Shown here: piece after piece, positions 19,844-29,079 of the stretch
Layout of the letters: each line of letters starts with the position of its first letter
Position numbering within the stretch: the first letter of the stretch is position 1
Assembly (NCBI GenBank): GCA_047947115.1
Contig: CP170459.1
Location: forward strand, 5,632,001 to 5,696,000
Reading direction: 5' to 3'
From: Verrucomicrobiota bacterium
GTDB taxonomy: Bacteria; Verrucomicrobiota; Verrucomicrobiia; Limisphaerales; AAA164-E04
Length of the DNA: 64,000 bases
The notes under the pieces: model-generated
The model's input: the letters and a program-made list of their open reading frames with translations, nothing else
What the model was told of the DNA's origin: nothing
Database searches by the model: none
Position numbers and translations under genes: made by a program

Positions 19844-22264
19844 TTACTTATTCTTTCCACCGGGATTGCCTGGTGTGAATTGAGGATCATCGTTTCCTCC
19901 ATTGTCATCATGACCCGGGGTGTTTCCATCAACGCCATTGCCAACACCTTCATTGGCGAGAGCAACGTTGACCACTCTCTGAATCACGCTGGCGTTACCA
20001 CATTCATCGGTGACCGTGGCAGTGATGGTGAAGAAGTTCCCGATGCCCCCCTTCTTGGTGATGGTGATGGTATCGCCGTCTATGACGTATTCACAGGCAT
20101 TAGATTGATCAATAACTTTACCTGCAGGATTGATCCTCTGGCAGAGAACCTCAGTAATCTCCACGGTGAGATTGCCACAAGCATCGCCCTCAGCTCCCGC
20201 AGTGAAGGATACGGCGCCCTCACTTGGGTAAATGTCCCTGACTTCAAAGACTGCCAATGGTGCGATGGAGTCATGAACCGCAATCTCAACGGTGCAGTTG
20301 GCAACATTGCCTGCCTCATCAGCAACCGAGAAGGTAACGGTGCCAGATCCAGTCAATCCACAGTCTGCGGTCAACTGATGACTGAAAGTCTGCGAGACAA
20401 TTCCACAGTTGTCAGATGCCAACAAAACGGCTTCCGTATTTCCAGCCAGCACACTGTTGGCCCAAGCTTCAATCTGAGCCACGTAACCGGTGCCGTCACA
20501 CTCCAGAATGAACGCAGAACCATTGACCGGGGTCGGACAGCTGAGAACGGGAGCTTCGGAATCGGTCACGGTAATCATGGCGTTGCAACTGTCGGATGAA
20601 CCAGATGGGTCCGTCACTGTCAATGTCACCATTGTCTGCCCAACGGGGTAAGGTCCGGCAGGCGTCAGTGTATAAGTCAGCACATCACCGGCATCCGGAT
20701 CAAATGATCCGTTATCAACCAAGGCGGGCAGCACATCAGCAGCACACAACCCCGGATCATTCGCCACAGTAATGTCCTGACACTGGGCCACAGGAGGTTG
20801 ATTGGTGATCACGGTCACAGTGAATTCTTTGACCAATACGTTGCCATTGGCATCGGTGGCCGTGCAGATGACAACCGTGGAACCTTCATTGAAGACAGAT
20901 CCTGAAGCAGGATTAGTAACAACCGTTGCGGAACACTCATCAAAGGCCGTTACATTGAAAGCAACGCTGGCTGAGGTTTCACCTGGTGCCGCTTGTACCA
21001 GAATGTCTGTAGGGATGGTCAAGACAGGAGGGGTCACATCCAAAACAGTCACATTGAATGAGCTGGTGGAAACATTTCCTTCACCGTCGATCGCTGTGAT
21101 AAGAACAGGCGTGGTTCCGACAGGGAAAATGGATCCGGAGGCTGGCTCACTGGAGACCGTCACCGTTGAGCAAAGATCAAAAGCTTCCAAATCGAAATTA
21201 ACAACCGCGTGGCACTCGCCATCGTCCTGATTGATGGTGACATCATCCACTTCAGTGATCACTGGAGCTGCAGTATCAACAACCGTAATTACCTGTGGAA
21301 AGGTAAACGTGTTGCCCGCAGCGTCTGTGGCGGTCCAGTTAACAATGGTATCTCCCAATGGAAATACAGCGGGAGCATCGTTGGTGAGAATTGGGTCTTC
21401 GTCACAATTGTCGACCGCCATCAGTTGACCAATACTCACATTGCTGGCCTGGCCGAAGGCATCGCATTCCACGACCATGTCAACATTAACCGGAGCGACT
21501 CTCACACTGGCGAAGCGAGCAGTTTTTTGAGAGAAATCATAGAAAGCATACCGTCCATCTGGGAATGGATCGTTGGCGGGAGCAGCAATGTCGAACTCCA
21601 GAACACCGTCGACATATATCTGCAAACGATCTTCACTGTAATTGATGGAAAAAGAATACACTTGAATATCATTCCACCCTCTTCTCATCTCAGATGGAAA
21701 CACGGCTCTTGCAATTTCCGTAACCGTTCCGGTGTGCTGCCAGAGGTCGATATGATTGCTGATTCCTTTGACACGAGAAACAGAAAGACCAGCTCTGGTC
21801 CAGCCCCACCCATCTTGATTTTGAGCGTTCTGCTTCCAATCGATCAAGAGGTAATCTGCGTTGGGATTCGTTGTGTCTCCGGGGTTGAACCCAAGTGCAA
21901 TACCAATAAAGTCGTTGTCTTCTTGAGTATCCACCGACACGTGGGTAGTAAGCCTCAACCCTGCCTGACCTCCCATGGCGCTGAAATCACTGTAAAAAAA
22001 GGTAGGCAACCCGTTATCATTCTGCTGAACAGAGTTGCCATTGTCATAAACCGCCCAGTCCCCGTCATCATATGATTCGGTCATCCATGTGGTCAAATCG
22101 ACCCGTTCCGAAAGAGGTACAATGGCAGGTGGTTCCGTGTCGTTTACACACTCATCCTCGGGAACAGCTTGGGCAAAAGTGGCGTTTGATTGAAGAAGCA
22201 ACAAAGAAAGCAGGCAACCGCCCGTCCTATCGATTAGTGACCGTATCATATCTTTTTTATGCAT
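19844..22264 (-). CDS. Secreted HYR-repeat protein with thrombospondin-C/lectin-like domain
   Basis: Signal peptide; VDTQEDNDFIGIALGF (TSP-C-like acidic motif); repeated FPxGxTxVxxTAxDxxGN and DxxPP; Gly/Asn/Asp tail. Confidence 0.85.
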   Translation of the reverse strand: MHKKDMIRSLIDRTGGCLLSLLLLQSNATFAQAVPEDECVNDTEPPAIVPLSERVDLTTWMTESYDDGDWAVYDNGNSVQQNDNGLPTFFYSDFSAMGGQAGLRLTTHVSVDTQEDNDFIGIALGFNPGDTTNPNADYLLIDWKQNAQNQDGWGWTRAGLSVSRVKGISNHIDLWQHTGTVTEIARAVFPSEMRRGWNDIQVYSFSINYSEDRLQIYVDGVLEFDIAAPANDPFPDGRYAFYDFSQKTARFASVRVAPVNVDMVVECDAFGQASNVSIGQLMAVDNCDEDPILTNDAPAVFPLGDTIVNWTATDAAGNTFTFPQVITVVDTAAPVITEVDDVTINQDDGECHAVVNFDLEAFDLCSTVTVSSEPASGSIFPVGTTPVLITAIDGEGNVSTSSFNVTVLDVTPPVLTIPTDILVQAAPGETSASVAFNVTAFDECSATVVTNPASGSVFNEGSTVVICTATDANGNVLVKEFTVTVITNQPPVAQCQDITVANDPGLCAADVLPALVDNGSFDPDAGDVLTYTLTPAGPYPVGQTMVTLTVTDPSGSSDSCNAMITVTDSEAPVLSCPTPVNGSAFILECDGTGYVAQIEAWANSVLAGNTEAVLLASDNCGIVSQTFSHQLTADCGLTGSGTVTFSVADEAGNVANCTVEIAVHDSIAPLAVFEVRDIYPSEGAVSFTAGAEGDACGNLTVEITEVLCQRINPAGKVIDQSNACEYVIDGDTITITKKGGIGNFFTITATVTDECGNASVIQRVVNVALANEGVGNGVDGNTPGHDDNGGNDDPQFTPGNPGGKNK

Positions 22265-22408
22265 TGAAAACTTGTTGTTTAGGCTAAAACCCCAAGGGGT
22301 TGACTATTAATTTCTTTCCTCCCTGGTGTTTCTGGATAGCAGAAAAACCACCAAACCTTGACTCCAGGTGGCTAAGCAACCAAGTGAAGGCACGGCTGGT
22401 AAACCTTG

Positions 22409-22424
22409 AGCAACAAGCATACCA
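22409..22424 (-). promoter_or_regulatory. Putative sigma54 (-24/-12) promoter
   Basis: Minus strand TGGTAT-GCTTG-TTGCT, exact GG-N10-GC spacing, ~145 nt upstream of ATG 22264 in an AT-rich spacer. Confidence 0.6.
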
Positions 22425-22767
22425 TTTATAAACCAACCAAAAAACAATCCAATCAATCATTGATTATCATACACTTGCATAAGAAATCTTTTTTAAACCC
22501 AATTGCCCTACTCTTTAAAATTTGCAGACGCATTACAATGCTTATGCATATACATGCAAGCCAGGTAAAAAAATGATTGCCTCAGCAATGAATGAGAAGG
22601 AAGCGAATATTCGCACTTAAGCCGAGAAACTCACTAAATGCTTATTATAATTAGTTTACTAATTTTATAACGAACTGATAAAAGCTCAAAGGAACCATAC
22701 GACGACAAAAAAACGCAGAAAACGCTCTACATTAGGGCATCTTATCACGCATCTAGTTCATTAGCCA

Positions 22768-24345
22768 TTACCTTGTGCGCTGTGGTTCAAAATCGCCAGG
22801 CTCCACCCAACCGGCTTTCATGGATTCGCCGGACATGAAGCGCTCGAAAAAATGAGCCGTGTTTTTATCATGGTAGGGGTAAGCATCAAACACATCACCT
22901 TCGCCAAACATTCGAGGATCCCCCTGACGCTTGAGATCAAGAATCAACAGGTCACGAAGATGGTCTTTGGTCGAGAGGTGACCATTGGATTCGGCAAGAT
23001 TGTTCAGGCAGTCTTCATCTTCGGAAACCCGATAGAATTCTTCACCAGGACGTTTACCAAAACTCAGTTGCCACCAGGTCTGGTTGGTTCCGCTTCGGCG
23101 CATTTCCAGGATCTGGGTTTTCATGGGACCACCATCACAGTTGAGGTAGCCGGTTTCCGGATTACCGGCAGGCCAGCGGTCTGTTTCGAAGTTTTGCAGG
23201 TAAAGCCATTCCCTGGTCAGGATACCACGAATCGGATAACCCCAATCGTTCGGACGCCCCACATCGTGACGCTCCTTGCCAACGATGACCCGGTTGCGTC
23301 CCGGATCCACCTGACCACTGATCCCGGATTGAAAGATGTCGAACAGACTCCGTCCACTCACAGATTGCATGATGGGCCCCGGATCTTGAATTCCCGCTGC
23401 CTGTAGAAAGGTCGGGGCCAAGTCCGTGAAGTTGACGAAATCTTCGATTACCCGGTTTGTACCAAGAATCCCCTTCGACCAACGCATGGCCAGTGGGATG
23501 TGATTGGAATGCAGATAAGCCTGTCCTTTGACGCGCGGAAACGGCATGCCGTGATCAGAAGTCGCCACCACCAACGTGTTGTCAAGTTGCCCTGATGCTT
23601 CGAGCATTTCGAGGATGCGCCCCAGATGTGTATCGTAGTGTTCGACTTCGATGGCGTAATCGAGCATGTCGTGACGGCTGGTCTCATTATTCGGCCAATA
23701 GCCCGGAACCCGGTCAATCTGGTCCAGTTTCTTACCAAGCCTTACCCCAGATTTGAATTCATAACCACGATGAGGTTCGGTTGCGCCATACCAGAACACC
23801 CAGGGTTTGTCCCTGGGTGTTTCTTTCAGAAAGTCGGAGAAATTGCCGGCGTAGTCATTGTTGGAAATACCCGAGGCAATGGGTTTTTCTTTTCGTTTTC
23901 CATAGTTTTTACCGGTGATCGCCCGTCGGTTTCCCTGAGTATCCAACGCAATCCCCGGCCCCCAGCCTTTGCCCGTATAGCCAGCCACATATCCAGCCGC
24001 GGCGAGCCGCTCCACGAATCCTCCAAACTTGGGAGGAAACACTGGCACATGGTTCCCGGCCTCTTCCAATTGCCAGGAGTAACGCCCCGTTAGAATTGTT
24101 GCGCGTGAGGGGGCGCATTTGGCATTGGGTGTGTAGGCGTGTTGAAACAACAACCCTTCTCGGGCCACCCGGTCAAAAGCGGGCGTTTCCACCCAGGCAC
24201 TTCCATACGCACCCGCGTGACCATAGGACCAATCGTCCGCAATGGCGAAAAGAATGTTGGGCCGCTCATCGGCAGATTGAGCCCGCATAGAATTCAGGTT
24301 GAAACAAACCAGCAAGCCACTAAGAAGAATTCGAGATACATTCAT
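22768..24345 (-). CDS. Sulfatase (N-sulfoglucosamine sulfohydrolase-like)
   Basis: Signal peptide; [43 protein letters not shown]. Confidence 0.9.
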   Translation of the reverse strand: MNVSRILLSGLLVCFNLNSMRAQSADERPNILFAIADDWSYGHAGAYGSAWVETPAFDRVAREGLLFQHAYTPNAKCAPSRATILTGRYSWQLEEAGNHVPVFPPKFGGFVERLAAAGYVAGYTGKGWGPGIALDTQGNRRAITGKNYGKRKEKPIASGISNNDYAGNFSDFLKETPRDKPWVFWYGATEPHRGYEFKSGVRLGKKLDQIDRVPGYWPNNETSRHDMLDYAIEVEHYDTHLGRILEMLEASGQLDNTLVVATSDHGMPFPRVKGQAYLHSNHIPLAMRWSKGILGTNRVIEDFVNFTDLAPTFLQAAGIQDPGPIMQSVSGRSLFDIFQSGISGQVDPGRNRVIVGKERHDVGRPNDWGYPIRGILTREWLYLQNFETDRWPAGNPETGYLNCDGGPMKTQILEMRRSGTNQTWWQLSFGKRPGEEFYRVSEDEDCLNNLAESNGHLSTKDHLRDLLILDLKRQGDPRMFGEGDVFDAYPYHDKNTAHFFERFMSGESMKAGWVEPGDFEPQRTR

Positions 24346-24457
24346 GAATTTGGGATGGAAAGACCCTATCCCTCACGTCACGTTCTGGCAAACCTGTAAT
24401 CTCCCGTTCTTCAATGCCACTGATGACATTCAGAGGCCATGACATCACCCACCCTTC

Positions 24458-25891
24458 TCACAAAACCCAAACCATCCTCGAATCCTTCAACTCCATCATC
24501 GTAACGGGAATCTCATCGGGGTTTTCCCCGCTGAGACGATAATACTGATGCCCTTCATCATCCATTTCCGCCTTGATGACATAGGAATAATCTTCATGGT
24601 CGGCCAGAAAATGACACCCCGCCATGGCACTGACGGCCCAGTGCCCGCTGAGATCATGTTTCCTTACATCCCATTCGTTCAACCCATCCAGGAAATCCCC
24701 CAGCTCACCTTGGTCCCGGAGGTACTGCACAAATTGGTTATGGATCTCCAAATCCTCCCGCACGGCCTCGGAAATTGGATTTCCCATGAAAGCTTTCAAC
24801 TCTGCCATCGATCCATAGCGCAGACGCCGTAACACGGTGGCATGGGCGACCGGTTCTGCCAGCCATTGCATGGGAGCGGGCAAATGATCGCGAATGAAGT
24901 TCATCCCGGTATCAATCAGCATGCTATCCTGTGTATCAGGTTCGATCGATTCCCAATCCTCCACTTCCTCGGCCATATACCCCCGCAGCACGTGCCAGAA
25001 TTCAGCAAACAGCAGACGCCGTTCTTCGAGTTGGGTCTCCACAAGGGGCAACGCTCCCTCGAGATGCGGATAGGATTGCCAAACATACCTGATCTGTGTT
25101 TCACGAAACAGGTAAGCGGTCGGGTCGGCTTTGATCGATGCAGCCGTTTCATCGTCAATGGACAACCGGGATTCTTTGGTGACCATTTCAAACAACGCCA
25201 CGCCGGCAGCAAATATGTCCGAAGCCTGAGTGAGTGGAACGCCGCTTTGAATGTTGGATGAATCAATCAGAAGTTCGGCATAATCAGGCGTAGCCGAATA
25301 CATGTACTCTTTGGTTTTCCCATAATGCCTGGGCGTAAAGAAAGCGCCCATATCGACGAACTTGATGTTTCCATCAGAAAGGCGAACCACGTTCTCGGGC
25401 TTAAAATCAATCAGCACAATCCCGTTCGCATGAAACTGTTCCATGATCGAGAATGTTTCATAAATGGCTCGCCTGAACTCAGCCACCCACGCCTCCGAAC
25501 ATCCTTCACCGGCACCATCATCACACCACTCCAGAAGATTCTTCCCATTGAGAAATTCCATCGCTACCCAGGCAAACTTGCGCTCAAATTCCAGACCGGA
25601 ACCGTAATAAACGGGAATGAAGTTTTGTAGGGTTCCCAATGAACTGATCTCCTCAAAATTTGCCACTTCCAACTGAAAGGACACATAAGGACCATAGCTC
25701 ACCTCTTCTTCCATACCGCATTCCAGATCAAAGATCTTAATCACAATCTCGGGTCGGTCCGTCAGGAAAATGGCGGTTTCAGATGCCAAACGAAGGGCAT
25801 TGCCTAGAGTAACAGATCCGGACTCAGGCAAATCGATCTGCAATCCTGAGAAACGGCTCTCCGTAACGCCTTGCTGCATACTCTCATCCAT
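24458..25891 (-). CDS. Atypical Ser/Thr protein kinase-like protein
   Basis: VIKIF, AMEFL, LIDFKPENV (catalytic loop), FVDMG, SDIFAAGVALFEMVT; no TM segment. Confidence 0.8.
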   Translation of the reverse strand: MDESMQQGVTESRFSGLQIDLPESGSVTLGNALRLASETAIFLTDRPEIVIKIFDLECGMEEEVSYGPYVSFQLEVANFEEISSLGTLQNFIPVYYGSGLEFERKFAWVAMEFLNGKNLLEWCDDGAGEGCSEAWVAEFRRAIYETFSIMEQFHANGIVLIDFKPENVVRLSDGNIKFVDMGAFFTPRHYGKTKEYMYSATPDYAELLIDSSNIQSGVPLTQASDIFAAGVALFEMVTKESRLSIDDETAASIKADPTAYLFRETQIRYVWQSYPHLEGALPLVETQLEERRLLFAEFWHVLRGYMAEEVEDWESIEPDTQDSMLIDTGMNFIRDHLPAPMQWLAEPVAHATVLRRLRYGSMAELKAFMGNPISEAVREDLEIHNQFVQYLRDQGELGDFLDGLNEWDVRKHDLSGHWAVSAMAGCHFLADHEDYSYVIKAEMDDEGHQYYRLSGENPDEIPVTMMELKDSRMVWVL

Positions 25892-26627
25892 AAGTTTTGG
25901 GAAAGGATTGCAGATAGATTACTCATATTCTGCCTGGGTGCAAAGATCTAATATATCGTTATTTGACAACGTTTTTTGACGGCTCACTTTTGCAATCACT
26001 GCTTCCAGCAAACGTGTCACCCCATCGAGTTGTCGCATTTGAATCGCCGGATTCCAGAGCGGTTCAAACTTGTTCCACCCACTTGTGTAAAAGACAAGCC
26101 TCGCGCGATGCTTATACTGATTGCCAAAAGTATGTGCGCATAACGGCTCGCTGTTGCCTCTTATTCTCACGCCCGCTGCGCTAGGGACGCAGTGGCGCAG
26201 AGTTTTTTCTGAAATTACTTCTGGCAAACGTTATAACAGTTCCATGCGACAGAGTGCTTTGAAAGATGGCATTCCAGCGAGGTGAATCCGGCTGACATTG
26301 TTGTTCCATTCAGGATACAAAGATTGTATCTCCATCAAATGAGGGAAACCAGGCTGCCAGGCTATTCATTACTAATTCATTTTCTGACACTTACCACCCT
26401 CAAAACACCCCCAATCATTGTCCACCACTCAAAAAGAAAGCCATTTGAAGAATGGACCGGATTGTCAGGGATTTGCCATGTTTAATAATGGGCCGGAAAC
26501 GACAAACCGAACTTCCCAAATGCTCACCCGGTTTTTTGGATAGGTTAAACCGGAATTATCATAGGCAAGAGGCTCATGTTCTGACAGGATACCTGAAAGC
26601 AATGAGTAGAACAATTTCTGTGACACC

Positions 26628-29030
26628 ATGTTGTTTATGACAAACCTGAAACTTCAAACCAGAACGGCTTTTACAGCAATCTGTGTAGGCGTGATGCAGA
26701 TGGTTCCCCCCCCTTCTGTGAATGCTGATCCGCTTCCAGGCACCCAGGCTTTAACAACAGAGAGCGATATCGCTTCCGATTTGGTCGATGGGGTGGATCG
26801 ATTTCTTCTGAAGAAACTCAAGACTTCTGTCGATGACAGGGTTCGCCACTGGGCGAGAGATTTTTCCTCATTGCCCAACTACGTTGCCTCCGTCAATGAT
26901 CAACGAAATCAACTGAAGCATATCTTGGGGATAAAGGATGAACGTGTCTCCTTCCGTCAACCGATGTTTTCAATCAGCGTTGAGGAGTCGTCGCCGATCT
27001 ACATGAAAACCGAGACTTTCAACGCTTACCGCATTCAATGGCCGGTGATTGGAGATGTCGTGGCAGAAGGATTGATGTTGGTGCCCCATTTGCTCACGGT
27101 TCGAAACACCGACCTCCCCATCGAGCCGGAGTTTGCTCAATCCTACGCAGAACGTGCCCTGTCGGATTCTTCCTTTGCGATCGCTCACGTTATCGCCATT
27201 CCGGACGCCGATCAAACTCCCGAGCAACTGGCGGGATTGGCGCCGGGCATCAACGCGACATCACAATTCGCCCGACGCCTGGCCGAATCAGGCTGCCGCG
27301 TGATCATCCCGGATCTGGTCAGCCGCAAAGTGCGTCGCCGACAATCACCCTACGGCGGCTGGGGCTCCGAATTATCAGATCGGGAATTTTTGTACCGATC
27401 GGCGTTTGAAATGGGACGCGGTCTGGTGGGGTATGAGGTCCAATCCGTGCTGAGCCTGGTAGACTGGATTGAATCCAAACAAGGAGACCAACGACGCAGC
27501 ATCGGCGTGATGGGTTATGGCGAGGGAGGCATGATAGGTCTATACGCCGGCGCAGTGGACACGCGTCTGGATGCGGTCTGTGTCAGCGGCTATTTCGGCC
27601 CGCGTGAAATGATTTGGGAACAACCCATTTCCCGGAATCTCTTCGGACTACTGGAACAATTCGGCGATGCCGAGCTGGCTACCCTGGTGGCACCGCGTGG
27701 ATTGGTCATTGAAGCCGCCCCCGGACCAGTCGTCGAACTTCCCGGTAAAGGCGGTGCCCCGGCAAATCTATCAGGACCTGATTCCGGTCTGGTTTATCAG
27801 GAAGTGGCTCGCGCGCGGAAATTGCTTGCCGATTTACCCACTGAAATCCCCATTCGGCTGATCCTTGGAAGCGGACTCCCATTCGGCAGTGAACCCGCAC
27901 TGGAAAGTTTCCTGAACAGTCTCCTCCTCGGACTGAAGCCCGGAGCTGACAAACCCTTTTCAGCACCCATGCCGGATGAAGCCTACATGAGTGCCCGAAA
28001 AGACCGCCTCATCCAAGCCTGGGACAAACACACCCAAGGGCTTTTGTTGAAAAGCCCCTATGAGCGGAAGGCTTACTTCAATGACCTGAAAACCGACTCA
28101 CTGGAAGCTTTTCAACAATCCGTGGAATCCTACCGCGACATCTTTCGCGAGGAAATCATCGGTCAATTCAAGAACCCCCTGCTGCCATTCAACGCCCGAT
28201 CCCGTCAAACTTTTCAAGGGAATGGATGGACCGGTTACGAGGTGGTATTGGATGTGTTTGAAGATGTCATCGCCTACGGTATTTTGTGCCTGCCCGACAA
28301 TATTCAACCCAATGAAAAACGTCCCGTTGTCGTTTGTCAGCATGGACTGGAAGGCAGACCACAGGACATCATAAAGGGCGATCACGAAGCCTATCACGAC
28401 TTCGCCTCCAAACTGGCGGAACGGGGATTCATCACGTTCTCGCCTCAAAATCTTTACATCTTCCGGGACCGCTTCCGCACCCTGCAGCGCAAGGCCTATC
28501 CATTGAAGAAAACCCTTTTCTCCATCATCACGCCCCAACACCAGCAGATCGTCAACTGGCTGAAGACACAACCCAATGTCGATCCCGAACGCATCGCTTT
28601 CTATGGGCTGTCTTACGGAGGAAAAACAGCCATGCGCGTGCCCGCTTTGGTAACCGATTACTGCCTGTCCATTTGTTCGGCGGATTTCAACGACTGGGTA
28701 TGGAAGAATGCGTCAACCCTGACGCCCTACAGCTATGTCTGGTCCGGTGAATATGAGATTTTCGAATTCAATCTGGGGGGCACATTCAACTACTCCGAGA
28801 TGGCGGCCCTGATCGCACCCCGTCCCTTCATGGTGGAACGCGGCCACTTCGACGGCGTGGCACCCGACGAACGGGTGGCTTATGAATTCGCCAAAGTCCG
28901 CCACCTCTATCAGGCCAAACTGGGCATCGGAGATCGATGTGAGATTGAGTGGTTTCCCGGACCACACACCATCCACGGCGAAGCCACCTATGACTTTCTT
29001 CACAAGCATCTCAATTGGCCAAAACCATAA
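26628..29030 (+). CDS. Secreted tandem alpha/beta hydrolase (dienelactone hydrolase-like)
   Basis: Signal peptide; two similar halves: GVMGYGEGG...LVAPR and VVCQHG...FYGLSYGG...LIAPRP..D..GPH. Confidence 0.85.
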   Translation: MLFMTNLKLQTRTAFTAICVGVMQMVPPPSVNADPLPGTQALTTESDIASDLVDGVDRFLLKKLKTSVDDRVRHWARDFSSLPNYVASVNDQRNQLKHILGIKDERVSFRQPMFSISVEESSPIYMKTETFNAYRIQWPVIGDVVAEGLMLVPHLLTVRNTDLPIEPEFAQSYAERALSDSSFAIAHVIAIPDADQTPEQLAGLAPGINATSQFARRLAESGCRVIIPDLVSRKVRRRQSPYGGWGSELSDREFLYRSAFEMGRGLVGYEVQSVLSLVDWIESKQGDQRRSIGVMGYGEGGMIGLYAGAVDTRLDAVCVSGYFGPREMIWEQPISRNLFGLLEQFGDAELATLVAPRGLVIEAAPGPVVELPGKGGAPANLSGPDSGLVYQEVARARKLLADLPTEIPIRLILGSGLPFGSEPALESFLNSLLLGLKPGADKPFSAPMPDEAYMSARKDRLIQAWDKHTQGLLLKSPYERKAYFNDLKTDSLEAFQQSVESYRDIFREEIIGQFKNPLLPFNARSRQTFQGNGWTGYEVVLDVFEDVIAYGILCLPDNIQPNEKRPVVVCQHGLEGRPQDIIKGDHEAYHDFASKLAERGFITFSPQNLYIFRDRFRTLQRKAYPLKKTLFSIITPQHQQIVNWLKTQPNVDPERIAFYGLSYGGKTAMRVPALVTDYCLSICSADFNDWVWKNASTLTPYSYVWSGEYEIFEFNLGGTFNYSEMAALIAPRPFMVERGHFDGVAPDERVAYEFAKVRHLYQAKLGIGDRCEIEWFPGPHTIHGEATYDFLHKHLNWPKP

Positions 29031-29079
29031 CCGGACCTTGCTGGGTTAACGGGATTGTTTGAAGGATCATCCATCGGGC

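Noticed and set aside
19814..22075. 261- and 288-aa + strand ORFs
   Set aside because: Antisense shadows of the HYR gene.
25919..26640. Short ORFs and a ggttcaaac T-loop-like word in the spacer
   Set aside because: No motifs in the ORFs; no cloverleaf can be folded, so not a tRNA.
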